Source: Eledone cirrhosa (taxonomy: Eukaryota). Taken from it: a stretch of 64,000 bases of DNA. Made by a program: the position numbers and the translations under genes. Shown one piece after another: positions 1-13,425 of this stretch; the stretch's first letter is position 1; every line of letters begins with the position of its first letter. The notes under the pieces are model-generated. The model did no database searches. It saw only the letters and a list, made by a program, of their open reading frames with translations, and was not told the origin of the DNA. The DNA lies in contig OZ024750.1 in NCBI GenBank assembly GCA_964016885.1, positions 32,364,001 through 32,428,000 on the forward strand, given 5' to 3'.

Positions 1-99
1 CAGCCAAGAGCTGGCATCGATACAATGTATAGGTGGTGGGTGGGTTAATTCAATATTTAGATTGCTGTCCTTGTGCTTAAATTGGTAATATCAATACAG

Positions 100-290
100 C
101 GTCGGACAACAAGCTTCACAGTATAGAGTTGCGGCTCTTTACGCTCTACGTTCAAATCCCACCGAGGTTAGCTTTGCCTTTCATCCTTACGAGGTCGATA
201 AAATAAAGTACCAGTAATGCACTGAGGTCGATGTAATCGACTCCCCCCCCTTTCACATTGCCGGCCTTGTGCCTCAAGTAGAAACAATTA
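100..290 (+). mobile_element. tRNA-derived SINE (family A)
   Basis: B-box GTTCAAATCC, core CTTTGCCTTTCATCCTTACGAGGTCGATAAAATAAAGTACCAG and tail GGCCTTGTGCC..AAGTAGAAACAATT, shared with more than 8 other copies in the window. Confidence 0.85.
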
Positions 291-302
291 GTACTGTAAT
301 GA

Positions 303-460
303 GCATGGATTTGGCAGAATCGCTAAAATTCTGGACAAAATACATTGTGATGCACTGTTACACTTCGTCACGTTCCGAGTTCAAATCCCAGTCAAGTCAA
401 CCCTGCGTCACATTATTCATGCGTCGAAAACATGAAGTACCAATGAAGTACTGAGATCAA
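303..460 (+). mobile_element. Degenerate SINE family A copy
   Basis: TTGGCAGAATCG head, GAGTTCAAATCC B-box, GTCGAAAA..AAGTACCA core. Confidence 0.6.
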
Positions 461-470
461 CTTAGTTTTA

Positions 471-826
471 CGAGGGTCGTCTGAAACATCCCAGGATGAC
501 TCTGAAGGAGTCATGCTAAGCTGTGATTAATTTCTGTGATTAATTGCTTGCATTAATTTCAACTCTGCTTTTTAATAACTGCATCGTTTCCTTCCAGGGA
601 CCATGTTGAAATATAAACCCCTCATGAGGGAATCTTGGTCAGCCTATGAAGGAGAGATGCGAAGCTGTGAAATCTTGCGCGCATTAATTTCAACTCTTTT
701 TATTAATAACTGTATTGTTTGTTCGCAGGAAATATGTTGAAAAATAAACCTTACTTGGTCATTTTATGAGAGTATCTTGGTCAGCCTTTGAACTCTTTAG
801 CTTATGAACGCCTCAGCCAACCCTCG
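471..826. mobile_element. Non-autonomous Tc1/mariner-type MITE with internal tandem units
   Basis: TA|CGAGGGTCGTCTGA...TCAGCCAACCCTCG|TA terminal inverted repeats with TA duplication; internal repeated GCATTAATTTCAACTC unit; relatives at 13268-13425 and 55036-55388. Confidence 0.75.
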
Positions 827-1467
827 TAATATATATTAACCAACATAGATCTAGTTTATGTTAACATAGCTATAGAAAGCACAGAAGTCATTAGCTGTTC
901 AATGAGTATATTCTCGTAAAATTAATAGTTTTTTCTTCTATAGTTCAATAATCTTTCATAAACTTATTTGCCCATTCGTATTTAAACATTCTGTAAACTG
1001 TTTTATTCACTTCAATTCAAACAGTTTCGGCTTAATTTTAGTTAGTGAGGTGCCTTTAAATATTAACGTTTGGTTAATGATTTTTAACATTCATACGTAA
1101 CGTCTATTTACTATGAAGTTTAAATCCCAAGACATAGCTTCTTGGTAGACACTGAGATTAATTCAAGTTTGCAAGACGACTGATCACATTAGCTATTATG
1201 AAATGACATTTTATATATTTATGGTCTCCATAACATCGATTCATACCTGTTCACTTACTAAAGACAAGGAAATGGTATGTCTTATTTTATATAATGTTAT
1301 CTCTCTTTTCTGCTTGTCTTAATTCTGTTGATTATCTTGTGATGTTTAATTCTACGTCATGTTCTGTCCATCGCAGGAAAACGGTTATTCCACAGAGCTT
1401 TCATAGAATAATTTTGCACTTATCTTAAATCTATGATTTATGGTTTGAACATGTCTTATATATATAT

Positions 1468-1525
<58 letters not shown>

Positions 1526-2134
1526 TGTGTGTGTGTGTGTTTAAGTATCGAGAGAGAGAAGAAGAGATAGGCGAGTTAATTGCCAATAGCATATGCAAAA
1601 GTGCTCAATACTAGTGCCTGCAGTACTAAATATTAGAAGTGTTAATATCTAGTGGGCGAGAATATAAGCAGAGCGGATACACGTGAAGATTTATATAATG
1701 GAGAACAAACCGTTAAAACATGTTTATTTAAAAACAGCACCTACTTACGTTTCGCCCGAAACGTCTTCTCAAGTAAAAGACAAGCCCTTTCGGGTGCTGC
1801 AAACAAACATCTGGAAACTAACCATGCATCCCAGACCCGGCGTGAATCGACAATGGTAAAGCAGTACCCACAAGGTATTAACGGGTAACAAATACCTTGG
1901 GGAACACTGCTCTAACACCGGGTAGAGTTATCTCCCTTGATCTACTGCAAAATAAATACATGTGGTTTACGAAAAATGAACGGTGATGTGAACCTATCTT
2001 TAAAACCCCTTCTGGGTCACGTAAAGGACACTCTTTAGTTTTTTATGCCCTTAAGAAACCCTTTCGAGCGAAACGTACACACACGGGCAGCACAGAGAGA
2101 CATATATACGCACACACACACACACACACACCCC

Positions 2135-2198
<64 letters not shown>

Positions 2199-4369
2199 TG
2201 TATGTGTGGTGCATGCTTGCGTGCGTCGTTTTAATGATAAGAATAAGTAGATGTGAGAATAAGGAATCTTATATATATTGCACCTACAGGAGAGTATATT
2301 AAATTCTTGATTTATTGTTGTGAACATAAATAAACACTAGAAATTGTAAAGTGTTCAGAATAAAAATCATAGATATCGTTTTAAACTGATTATGACCTCT
2401 GTTCTCACCTTGATGTACTACCTTCAATTGTAGATGCCGCTACCTGTCTCTAGAGTAAGCGATATTTGAATCTTCCAACATATATTTTCTATTTAGTGTT
2501 TTTATTTCACTTACACATCTGCACTGAATTTTAAAGACTATAAGTTGAAAGCTTTTAGAATATGGCCATAAGGTAAATATACGAAATATTTTCTTAATAT
2601 AAAAATGCTTTTGTGGTTATAGTGACAGAACGTATAATTTTTCAACTTCACATAAGCTACAACTGTGAAGAAAAACTAAAGACAACTGAGAAAACATCGT
2701 ATGATTAGTTGTGTGAAATTAATTCATTGCTATGCACATCTCAAAATATCTAACCCACGATACGTGTTCCAGTAATGTTGGTCTTTAATATATAACTACT
2801 TCTTTTCTTTTTTCCCTTCAATGAATCGTTAACAATAGGAAAATCTTTAAAATGGAAATGTATTTCAAAGTTAGTCGAAGTGGTTGATATCCAATTTCGT
2901 AAAATATATAGAATTCATGAGTTATTTGTCAATCGATTAGAATATCATTAAATAGTTTGAATCTTTCAATAATGAAATTAATGGCATTCATTGTAGTGGC
3001 AGAGAAAAAGCAAACGATATGCTAATTAATGTGTACAATGGGTCTATAGTATTTATTATTCTATAGAATTCATTTACAAGCGCTATCCCAAAGGCATCTT
3101 AATGCTTTGCAGATACATAGGATATTAGTTCTCATTATAAACTAAATGAATACTGTGAAACAATACTGAGCACGTGATCGTTCTTAAATTCCAAATCAAG
3201 CCTGGAATAAAAATAGATTAAATGACCTTCATTAGCTTTTCAAAATACAATTTATCAAAAGAAATCAGTATGTTTCTTTCACACAAATTAAATTAGATGT
3301 ATAAGTACAGGGCTTTATTATAAAATAGTTTTTAACATTTACAAAATATGAGATCTAAACTGATATTCGAATATATGAGGAATTTCTATATTACCAGAAA
3401 TTGTTGAGTATTTCATTTTATATCAGTTACAGTTTTGTTCTTGGTAATGATATTACATGAAGCATCGTTACAATGAGAAATGTTCTATAATGGTACGTGT
3501 TAATAACATTACTGATGAAATGTGAGCCAATGTTTGAGCCGAGAATTATTTGTGACCATGTGGGCTGCGCCAATGAAAGTTAAGAATCTTGTTATTTAGA
3601 TTCAGGTTATTCTTGATCCAGAGGAAATAAGACCAAATATATTCGAGACATATCATTCAGATACAGTGGATTATCTATTAACACACTAACGAATATGCAA
3701 TATGACTTATATTTTAAGGTAGTTATGTGTTATATGAAGTAGATTTGACTGTGTCTAGCAGATTGTGAGACCATATAGATGTTCTCTCATTAGTTCAATT
3801 CATTCTATGGACTGAATACTCGACATATTTCAATATTGAGGAAACCTAGGTTCTATCTCTTCACATAGCCCTTAGCGATGGTGTCGCATCGTAGTTATTT
3901 CAGATATTAAGCGGATACAAACAGATATGGCAGTTTCATCTTAACCAAGTATGCCTGAAATGAGTTAAATATATTTGTAAAGGTTGTGTTAAATATGAAA
4001 TATAATATCCAATTTTCTCGAATATTTTAAACTCATTAATTGAATATTTCATGTGAAAATTAATGTTTCCCGCGAAAACGTAACACAAAACAAAGGGAGT
4101 TGCATAAATTCGTATTTTGACAGAGCACTTTTACAATATTTTTAGCAAGAATTATTTCAAATGACATTGGAAAGTAAGGGCTCATCAAATACAAGGTAGC
4201 AAAGTTGTATAATAAAACATTAACCCTAACATTCTTGTTTGCTTCATTGTTCACGTATAACTATATATCTATACTAAATGACCAAATTCAATGAGCTGGG
4301 TCACTTTATTACAACCAAGTATAATTTAATTCCTAAGTTAAAATAAATGATTGTATTAGGTTAGCCGAA

Positions 4370-4464
4370 TGTTTAAGAGGCTCAATTCACAACCATTAGG
4401 TCCCAGGGTCAATCACACTGTGTTGCATCTTGGAAAAGTATTATCTATATATATAAAACTGAGG

Positions 4465-4531
<67 letters not shown>

Positions 4532-5270
4532 TTTGAATCCTTAAAACTCGACAAGTACCCAACCGATCATTTTGAAATTTTACATGTGTATTACTTATGT
4601 TTCAGGGAGTGTTATGCACATAGAAAATGCAACTTTTTGATCCCCAAGTCTCGCATTAGGTGAAAAACTGTGTTTTTTCAGCTTTTTAGGTTTTTTATTA
4701 GGCGTTACGTCAGACCGATTTCCTTGAAATTTCAAGGCATATTATGCATTTTCTTGATCCCCTAGGGCCCGCTTTAGGTGAAATACTGCATTTTTCCTGC
4801 TTGATCGAGGAAAATCTTAAAGATTATCCAGCCATCAGACTATTTGGTTTATTTTCTTTACATATAGTCCAGGCATGCAGTTTTCCCACGATTAGGTCTG
4901 TTGGCGGCCCGCGTTCCAAAATACCTTATCCCGTGTAACGCCGGGTACCCCTGCTAGTTTATCATAACCTCGAGTCAACTCATGTTATGTGAGTTAAATT
5001 GGATAGAATAATTCTTGCTCAAAATATCATAACACAACTGTCACGATAAGATTTATGCATCTAATCACTCTTTATTTTCTGGTAGACGGAAACTGGTTCG
5101 AAGCCCGTTGGATTGTAACTATATTTCAAAATACCACACCTTACAGCGTGACTCTCAATCTCCACGAGAATTACCTGTCTGTCGAGTTGTCAGTTACTTA
5201 CACGTTAATTACATATGCAGGTTGATTGAGCAACTGGAACACTCATCGTTGAAACCGATGATGGTCCATC
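4370..5270 (+). mobile_element. Degenerate SINE (GGTAGACGGAAACTG..GAAGCCCG type), interrupted by a Helitron and ending in the (CAT)n array
   Basis: tRNA-like head before 4443, body resumes after 4957, motif GGTAGACGGAAACTG at ~5081. Confidence 0.5.
4444..4957 (+). mobile_element. Non-autonomous Helitron
   Basis: 5' TCTATATATATAAAA, internal (GT)n, 3' hairpin CCCGTGTAACGCCGGG then CTAG; inserted between A and T with no target duplication. Confidence 0.8.
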
Positions 5271-5563
5271 ATCACCATCACGATCATCATCGTATTCATC
5301 ATCATAATCATCATCATCACCATCACCATCACCATCACCATCATCATCAGCATCAGTATCGTCATCATCATCATCACCATCACTATCATTGCCATCGTCA
5401 TTACCATCATTATCACCCCCCCCACCATCATCATCAATATCATCGTCGTCGTCGTCGTCATCATCCGCACTACCACCATCATCATCTTCATCATCATCAA
5501 CACCACCAACACCACCACCATCATCATCATCATCATCACGACGATCATCATCATCAACACCAT

Positions 5564-5595
<32 letters not shown>

Positions 5596-5854
5596 TCACC
5601 ATCATCACCATCATCATCTTCACCACCACCATCATCACCATCATCACCATCATCACCACCATCATCACCATCATCACCATCATCACCACCACCGTTATCA
5701 TGATCATCACCACCATCATCACCATCATCATCACCATCATCACCATCATCACCATCATCACCACCATCATCACCATCACCACCATCATCGGCATCATCAT
5801 CATCATCACCATCATCATCACCATCACCACTATTATCGGCATCATCATCATCCC

Positions 5855-5903
<49 letters not shown>

Positions 5904-5913
5904 GTCGTCATCA
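5267..5913. repeat. ~640 bp (CAT/CAC)n trinucleotide array
   Basis: direct reading; source of the poly-His/Asp/Met ORFs. Confidence 0.95.
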
Positions 5914-6180
5914 TAGCCAGTAAGCACATGCTGAATGTTCATTAAATCAAATTCAATATTGTAAAGTATTCGGTGTGTATAGATATATACAATTGATTAC
6001 ATAAACCCCGTTAAATATGCTTTGTTGGCGTCTATATTATTAAGCCGTCACCTTTTTATTACTTCCAGTGAAACAATATGATTACAATAACTGAAATACG
6101 GCTGATGTGCATTATCGAATCCTATGTGTTTTGAAGCTATCTACATGGTAAATATTTATGAGCAGTCTGCAAGGCATTAA

Positions 6181-6364
6181 ATTGGCAGTATCGGTAGAGG
6201 ATCGGATGACATGCTTTGAAGCATAGAGTTACCTCCCTGTATGATCTAAGTTCAAATCCCGCCGAGGTTAACTTTGCCTTTCAATCTTCCGGGGTCGGTA
6301 GAATAAAGTGCCAGCAATGCATTGGGTAATTGCTGGCCTTGTTGTGCCAAAAGTAGAAACAAAT
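6181..6364 (+). mobile_element. SINE family A, near full length
   Basis: TTGGCAGTATCGGTAGAG head, GTTCAAATCCC B-box, family tail. Confidence 0.85.
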
Positions 6365-6644
6365 AAATCATTAATACAATAACTAGTAAATGTAATCTGA
6401 GTTTTTCGAATATTAATAATTATTTCTACTATTGGCACAAGGCCAGCAATTATCCAGTATATTACTGGTACTTTATTTTATCGACCCCGTAAGGATGAAA
6501 GGCAAAGTTAACCTCGGCGGGATTTGAACTCAGAATGGCAAGGGCCATATTCGATTCATTTGCAATTATGCAGACAACCTCTTTTGAGCCATGTCAGTAG
6601 AATGACTCCGTCATTCTTTCTGTTGTGTTGGCATGTAAATATAA

Positions 6645-6689
6645 CTGCAGACACTAAAGTTTCTGGGTGGTTACCCTTCATCAGTACAG
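6645..6689 (-). ncRNA. Type I hammerhead ribozyme
   Basis: minus strand ctgta CTGATGA agggt aacc accca GAAAC tttagt GTC tgcag. Confidence 0.7.
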
Positions 6690-6912
6690 TATACTGCTTG
6701 TCTGCCAACTGTCAGAGCTAGGGAAAATATAGGATATTTTTTAAAATATACAGTGAGTGATCGGTCTGATTTGCATAAATAACAAACAAATAGTTTATCG
6801 CTCTGGCTGATCAGTGGGTCTGCTAATATGCAAATCAGGCCGATCAGTCACTGTATATTTTAGAAAATATCATATTTTCACTAGCTCTGACAGTTGGCAA
6901 GTAAGCATTATA

Positions 6913-6957
6913 CTGTACTGATGACGGGTCATTTCCCAGAAACATTAGTGTCTGCAG
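6913..6957 (+). ncRNA. Type I hammerhead ribozyme
   Basis: ctgta CTGATGA cggg tcattt ccca GAAAC attagt GTC tgcag; near-palindromic stem III. Confidence 0.75.
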
Positions 6958-9234
6958 GTCTGTTTATGGGGTCATTCTACTGACATTGCTTTAAAGAGGC
7001 TGTTTGCATAATTGCAAATGAATCGTCCCTTTACGATCTGAGTTCAAAATCCCGCCGAAGTTGACTTTGCCTTTCATCCTTACAGGGTCGATAAAATAAA
7101 GTACCAGTAATGCACTGAGTAATTGCTGGCCTTGTGCCTAAAGTAGAAACAATTATTATTAATATTCGAAAAACTCAGATTACATTTATTGTATTCAGAC
7201 ATGGAGGGCGATAAACTATTTGTTTGTTACAATAACTAGTGGTTTTCATATATTAATAGTGTACCAAAAATACAAGTTTTCTTATGAATCTTGCAGCTAA
7301 AATAATAGATTTGCTTTTTAAAAAGCTTGGAGAAATATTGTATTATGTTCTAACCATTTAAATACTCCATGACCTTAAATATAGTTCTAAAGGTTATTCG
7401 TGCTTCCCGATCGATCGAATTTAATCTCTGTTAGAAAATGAACCACTAGACAGAAAGACATTTTTGTTTGTTGCTAAACTGCTGATAGACATGCTACAAC
7501 CACTTCAATCAATTACGAAATACTGGGTAAATACTAGCTTGCAAGTCACACGATAATGGAATTGTATTAAAAGTTTAATATTTCAAATTACAGTTGTAAC
7601 ATAAAATTGCATTTTTTTAATTCATTTTTTTGTTGGGAGGGGGGGGGGGGGGGGTTATTTTAAAATTTATCAGTAAATCTCAGGAATAATTAAATGAAAT
7701 TCAAATCAATTTAAGAACATCAAAGAACTAAAATAGGATTTTAAATGTTACCTGTTTGTATTTTATATTTTTCAAACTTCACATGTCCTTTCACAGTTTC
7801 TGGCCATGAAATAATACTTATAGCTATTGCATATATAATCTCATGTCAGAGTCAAATGATATCGTAGATAGGTTCCTTATAAGATAGTAGGAATATAGCT
7901 ACAGAACATTAGATAATTTATTATATTATTTCTGTTCAATTTCTGTAATCAGTAGAGTAACGGTTCAAACACGTTTCAATATTTAATCACATCGTTTTCA
8001 GGACTAAATTCACATCTCGATAACGTCAAATTTATTTTCCGTTCCTTTGAGGGTCGATAGAATAATATCAGTCAAATATGAGACTTTCTATAATTAATTA
8101 TACTTTTCACTCAAGTCTGCAGGGATATAGCAAACATAGAGTTTTCAAACCCTTTTAAAAACCTTGTTCTAAATTATTATACTAGCCTCCAACTGCAGGA
8201 TGTTGCTAACGTGAACACGCAATTTTGAGGCCTATTTTGATGTCTCTACTGCAACATGGAAACTATGAATAATGGAAGTCCTGATTTGTATTTGTTAGCT
8301 CATGAATGCTTATAGATGTTACAAATTATGAAATTGGTTTTATTTCGGGTTGTTTGAATATTATAATAGCCTTCATCAAAACATAATGTAATTTATGCAT
8401 CTATTTTTGAATTCAGTATACGACTGATACACGAGTTGGATATTTCAAATGAACATCACTTTGAAGACCCTCTCTGTTTTATAGCTAGCTATGAATAAAT
8501 AATGCATTTCATCTAAAATTTGCAAGCCATGTTAAATAATAAGTAACAAGCAACAAAATTGTGAAGTTGGCGCCTACATTTTTTTTACTAATATCTTGAT
8601 GCACACACACACCTATCACCTACTGTCATAAGTGAACATATTTATTATCAATAAAAATAGAGTTAACATTATACGGAACCTACTTACATCCTCTATATAA
8701 ACGAATAGATACATATAAATAAGAGCCTAAATAAATCATGTAACCCGAACACAATATCATCGATATTTTTACTGCCTGAAGAGCTGCAATTTTCAATTTA
8801 GGTTTCATCAATAATGTGTGAAGGGGAAAATTATTGATTCTGATATCTTCAGTAGATGCAGGTTTTTGCATATAGTTGTTATCCATATCTATCCCGTTCA
8901 AATAATTTGAATGAATTGCGTTGAAAGCAACATATATTACATAAGATCAGAGCTACACATAATAGCTATAAGGAAAGTCATAAAATATATATATATTACG
9001 GTATCCATTATATTGTAGAATAGGGAGGATTTCTGTATCAGATAAAAACCATTCCTGATATGAAATAGCTCCTGTCATGTAAATCAGGCATTTTGTTTTG
9101 TTTGTTTTATGGGGTTCTTTTTCATTCAAATATATCCTGAATAGAAGGTAATTGTCAAGACTAACCAATGATCACTGTGTCAGAATTGAAATATATTGTA
9201 TTTTGCTCTTCCTCGCGCTTCGTAGACCCCTAGG

Positions 9235-9360
9235 AAGATGGATCAGTTGGAGACGGTTGCTTCTGACAGGACCCGCTGGAGAGAGTGTTTGAGGACTCTT
9301 CTCCCACGACCCTCTTGGGAACAATTGGGAGAAGAAGAAGAAGAAGAAGAAGAAGAAGAA
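9235..9360 (+). mobile_element. RTE-clade LINE 3' end with (GAA)n tail
   Basis: translates QLETVASDRTRWRECLRTLLPRP; same family as 45519-45810. Confidence 0.75.
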
Positions 9361-10434
9361 CCAGTAATATTTCCAATAATTTAGAAAGCTATCTCTGTTA
9401 TTTTCCAAATAGATTGTTTTTATGTAATTTCTTTTTTACATTATTGAGGAAATTCCCTTCGGTTGTTTCTAGATATAATATAGTTTCACTAAACTGTATT
9501 ACTACCTAATTGTCCTCAACTGATCTTTGTTATATGATTAATAGTTATATCAGCTTCATAAACTACCATGTAATCAAATTATACAATTGTACCAAACACG
9601 GAAAGAAACAATGAAGATATTCACAAGAAAAGTTAAAATTGATGCATGCAAGATTTCACTGTTCTAGCATCATTCTTTCATAATCAGCCGGCCCTCGTAT
9701 GCCTTGGTCACCCACGCGTACGGCATGATATTTGTCTAAAGCTTCGCCTTGTGTGTTTGAACCTGAACCTATATGATTGTGGAATGAAGCAATATAAAAT
9801 AATATTCACCACAGCGTTTGGAATGTCATCTCTGGATTAATCAATATTCTTGATAGTTAATATACACATACATCTTATTATCTGTTTGAAAGATAAGCCA
9901 ACAATAGAAACGAATAATGTGTGTAGCAAACAATTGTACAAAGGGTGGAAAAAATTAGACTGAAAAGAAAGTTGGTTAATGTATTCCGTCGGAAATATTT
10001 ATGTGAAGAATTTCGAATTTTCATACAATTCTATTTTTCTCAACTTTAACTTCAGCAAAATATTTGAATTGTGTTTTTCGAGGAAATGTTTGTCTTTCAG
10101 AGTGCTATGTATAATGCCGTATTAGGAGGTACGTTTATATCTCACCCTCCCTAGTAGATTTTGCATTCCGTTCTTCTGTGATATGAACCAGTAAAGCGTT
10201 AAGACGATTTAATCGAATACAACCCTCAAACAAATTGTTGGCTTTCTGCTCTAGTCATGATTACATGTAAAATGAAACAGCTTCATCAGCCATTAACAAA
10301 TAACGCCATATATGCAGATTAGCTACGAACAAACAGAATGTTTCATTTTTTTCTCTTTCTATATTTTGAACATTTCCAAATATATGCTGTTTAAGACACC
10401 GAAATATTCTTATTTTCAATGACCTAAAATCTTC

Positions 10435-10690
10435 TTTGAGATGATCGACAGATGGAAGCTAGCCAGGTATTGTCATATATCCCTCCATAACTCCTTGTCT
10501 TAAACCATCCTTCAGGGCACAGTCGAGGGAGAACAAAGAAGAGGAAAAGAAAATCCTGTTCCGATAACATGAAAGACAGGACTCGTCACAACACCGATAC
10601 CCATCTACGCATGACGGTAAATAGAAACCAGTGGTGACGGCTGATTGCTAAAAGCGTCTAGCGTGGCACCCCAACGACCGGCTGCATCAG
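10435..10690 (+). mobile_element. Degenerate RTE/BovB-like LINE C-terminus
   Basis: TILQGTVEG..RRG and SSVAPQRP motifs, with stops and frameshifts. Confidence 0.7.
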
Positions 10691-11170
10691 TGGCACATCT
10701 GAAGTGGCACCTCAACGACAAGGCTGCACCAGTGGCACATCTGAATGGGCACCTCAACGACAAAGCTGCACCAGTGGCACATCTGAAGTGGCACCTCAAC
10801 GACAAGGCTGCACGAGTTGTAAGTCTAGACTGGCACCGCAATGAATGGCTGCAATAGTGGTGCATCTAGAGTGGTACCATGGCTGGCTGCACCAATGACA
10901 CCCCAAACACTAGCTGCACCTATGGCACTCCAAATACTGGCTGCACCCGTGACACATCTTGAGTGGCCCCCCAATGACTTCTTGCATCAGTGGAACCCCA
11001 ACGACTGCCTGCACCAGTAGCATCCCATCTACTGACTGCACCAGTGTTACATGTAGAGTGGCACTCCAATGACTTCTGCACCCATGGCACATCTAGAGTG
11101 GGACTCCAATGGTTGTCTGCAACAATGGCACATCTAGAGTGTCACCACAAAGACTGGCTGCACCCATAGT
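10663..11170 (+). repeat. ~42-bp GC-rich minisatellite
   Basis: unit GTGGCACCTCAACGACAAGGCTGCACCAGTGGCACATCTGAA, decaying to the right. Confidence 0.9.
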
Positions 11171-11919
11171 GGGAAAATGATTGGTAGATGATCATCTTCC
11201 TAGATAGTAAACGTTTATGTTTATTCCATTAATTCCTGATTACGTGATTTTATAAACGCAACTAGTCGATAACATAAGCACCCCGACTGCAAACTGTTAT
11301 AAATATTGTGAAGCTTATTGTTTGACGTATTACAATTGCATTTCAATTTTCATTATTTCATATGTTTATGGTAACACTGTGTTTTAGCATCAAAGAACAT
11401 TTACGTTGTAACTGAAATTCTGTTTCAATAATTGCTGTGTTCTCGAATAGATGGATCTTCTGAGATTCTTGTGTCAAATGTTGACCAAATATTAACCATT
11501 CCAGAGTAAATGTAAAGCTTATTTCATACGTTTGTTAGTGTGCAGAATATAATGGATGTAATCCTCATATTTGTAAAGGACATAAAAAGTCAGATAATAT
11601 CTGATCTTAATATCTCCCAGTAAATGGAGATATTTAAATGTCGGATATGATAAAGATTATAATATTATTTAGTATATATCATAAAGTTCAGTTTCATGGT
11701 GGAAAATATCACCTCTATATTTTTTCTCTTTTATAAATGTCAAATTATAAATGTTATTCTGGCTTCCTAACTATTTTCAAATTTAATTTTCTTCCAAAAG
11801 CCTCAAAGTAAATATTTATTATAATAGAAATAGAAATATATGTATACACGTGTTGTTTTTGTCTTAATCGTATGACAGAGGTTACTGTGTGGTGGAAAGG
11901 TGCCTCACAATGTTGGCAT

Positions 11920-12300
11920 CATCTTTGGTATGTTTCAACTAGAATTCCCCGCCGTGGTGAGTTGCTGCTATAAAGGATGAGGTACTGAAACGTGCAAAGA
12001 TTCCCGACATTGAAACCATTCTTATAAGAAATAGATTCAGATGGATTGGCCATGTCGTCCCCATGGATGATTTGCAGACTCCTTTTTGGTGAGCTTGGAG
12101 ATGGTGGTCGATATTCAGGATGCCTTCTCTTGAGGCATAAGGACACGACCAAGGATATTTTAAGAAAAATTAACTTCACTGCTGCAGGCATTATCTTGAT
12201 GACAGATCAACATGGCGGAAGTTAATCCATGAGGTAAACATCGATATTGAAAAACAAAGACAGCAGGACAACAAGAGAAAAAAGGGGAAACGACACAATA
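11920..12300 (+). mobile_element. Degenerate RTE-clade LINE 3' region
   Basis: RFRWIGHVV.MDD and RLLFGELGDGGR..G..LLRHKD motifs. Confidence 0.7.
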
Positions 12301-13267
12301 TCAGGCCGGATCAACTGACTGATATAATGAACGGATTATGTCATGCTACAAATAGAAACCTTTTTATATATATAACTAACTGGAATACCTGCTTGGATAT
12401 TTGGTGGAAACTCATCTTGTAAACTGTTGTTTGCCTGTATCGGGACTCAGGCAAGAGAAACTCTATAAAGACATTGCAGTCATGTCATCCTCGTTTAGGT
12501 ATATATAGAACTATATTATCTAACGAGTGCTGTCTGTACTAACTAATGCTAGTTATATCAGTCCGAATGACGAATTAATAATTGGTGTCGTTGACATCAA
12601 AGATTCTCTCTCGTAACACTGTGGTTTAAATGGCAGATGTAGAAACCGAACTCAGTATAATGGAATTACATTTTTGTGAATGAAGCATCGATGTATCATT
12701 GAAGCAGCAGAGCTTATAGTTAAAAGGAAAGTGGAAGTGGTATATAGAGGAAAAATGTGAAGTACGTATCTAGGATTAGAAAGTGGTTAAACATATGATT
12801 GGAATCACTAATCGAAATATGGTAGGATAAAACTGGATTTGGATGTGGGAAAGAGAAGGTTTGTTTAATTAGTCAGTGTGTCCAGAATACAGTGAGGTAA
12901 AATTATTTACAACTTTAGACTAATAAGAATCATAAAAGATTCAGCTACTGCGCCGAGTGTTAGTTGAACATGTGTGCGAGAATAATTTGTACATTGAATT
13001 CAGCTTGGATCTTAGCCATATTAAGAACAATTGATAATCTCTATTCAAACCAACAATGGTTTCCCTTCGATCACTCAATTTTCTAACGCACGAGACATTA
13101 AAACATAACAAGTGTCAAACATATAATAATTTATTAAAGACTTTGTTTTCTTCCTGGCCAACCCCCAATGGTGAAAAATAATTTTAAACCAAAGCAACTA
13201 CAATTTCTTTTTCTCCGAGTGATTTGATTTGGAATTTCTCATAAATTATTTCTCTTATCTAGCTCTG

Positions 13268-13425
13268 CAAGGTTCAGCTGAAAAGTTCATAACCTCACTA
13301 TGAACGAGGGACACTAGAACTATGGAATCTTGCATGCATTAATTTCAACTCCTCTTATTAATGACTTCATTCCTCTTACCATGTACTATGTTAAAAAATA
13401 AACTTCATTTGTCATTTCATGAGAG
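13268..13425. mobile_element. Mariner-type MITE fragment (family of 471-826)
   Basis: CTGAAAAGTTCATA end and GCATGCATTAATTTCAACTC unit. Confidence 0.65.

Larger units (their letters stand above)
6388..7227. mobile_element. Hammerhead-bearing fold-back element (Penelope-like/retrozyme) with 13-bp target site duplication; each arm contains a 5'-truncated SINE A
   Basis: inverted arms ~6388-6776 and ~6827-7188; TACAATAACTAGT at 6375-6387 and 7228-7240; HHR in both arms. Confidence 0.75.

Noticed and set aside
148-160. tRNA genes suggested by GTTCAAATCC boxes
   Set aside because: They are SINE heads without a cloverleaf
5108-5945. Poly-His, poly-Asp and poly-Met ORFs
   Set aside because: Trinucleotide repeat at a SINE tail, open in most frames
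8680-8950. Possible minus-strand host exon (..KPKLKIAALQ..)
   Set aside because: No recognisable domain or convincing splice sites
10663-11170. CRISPR-like periodicity
   Set aside because: Tandem units without unique spacers, eukaryotic context and no cas genes
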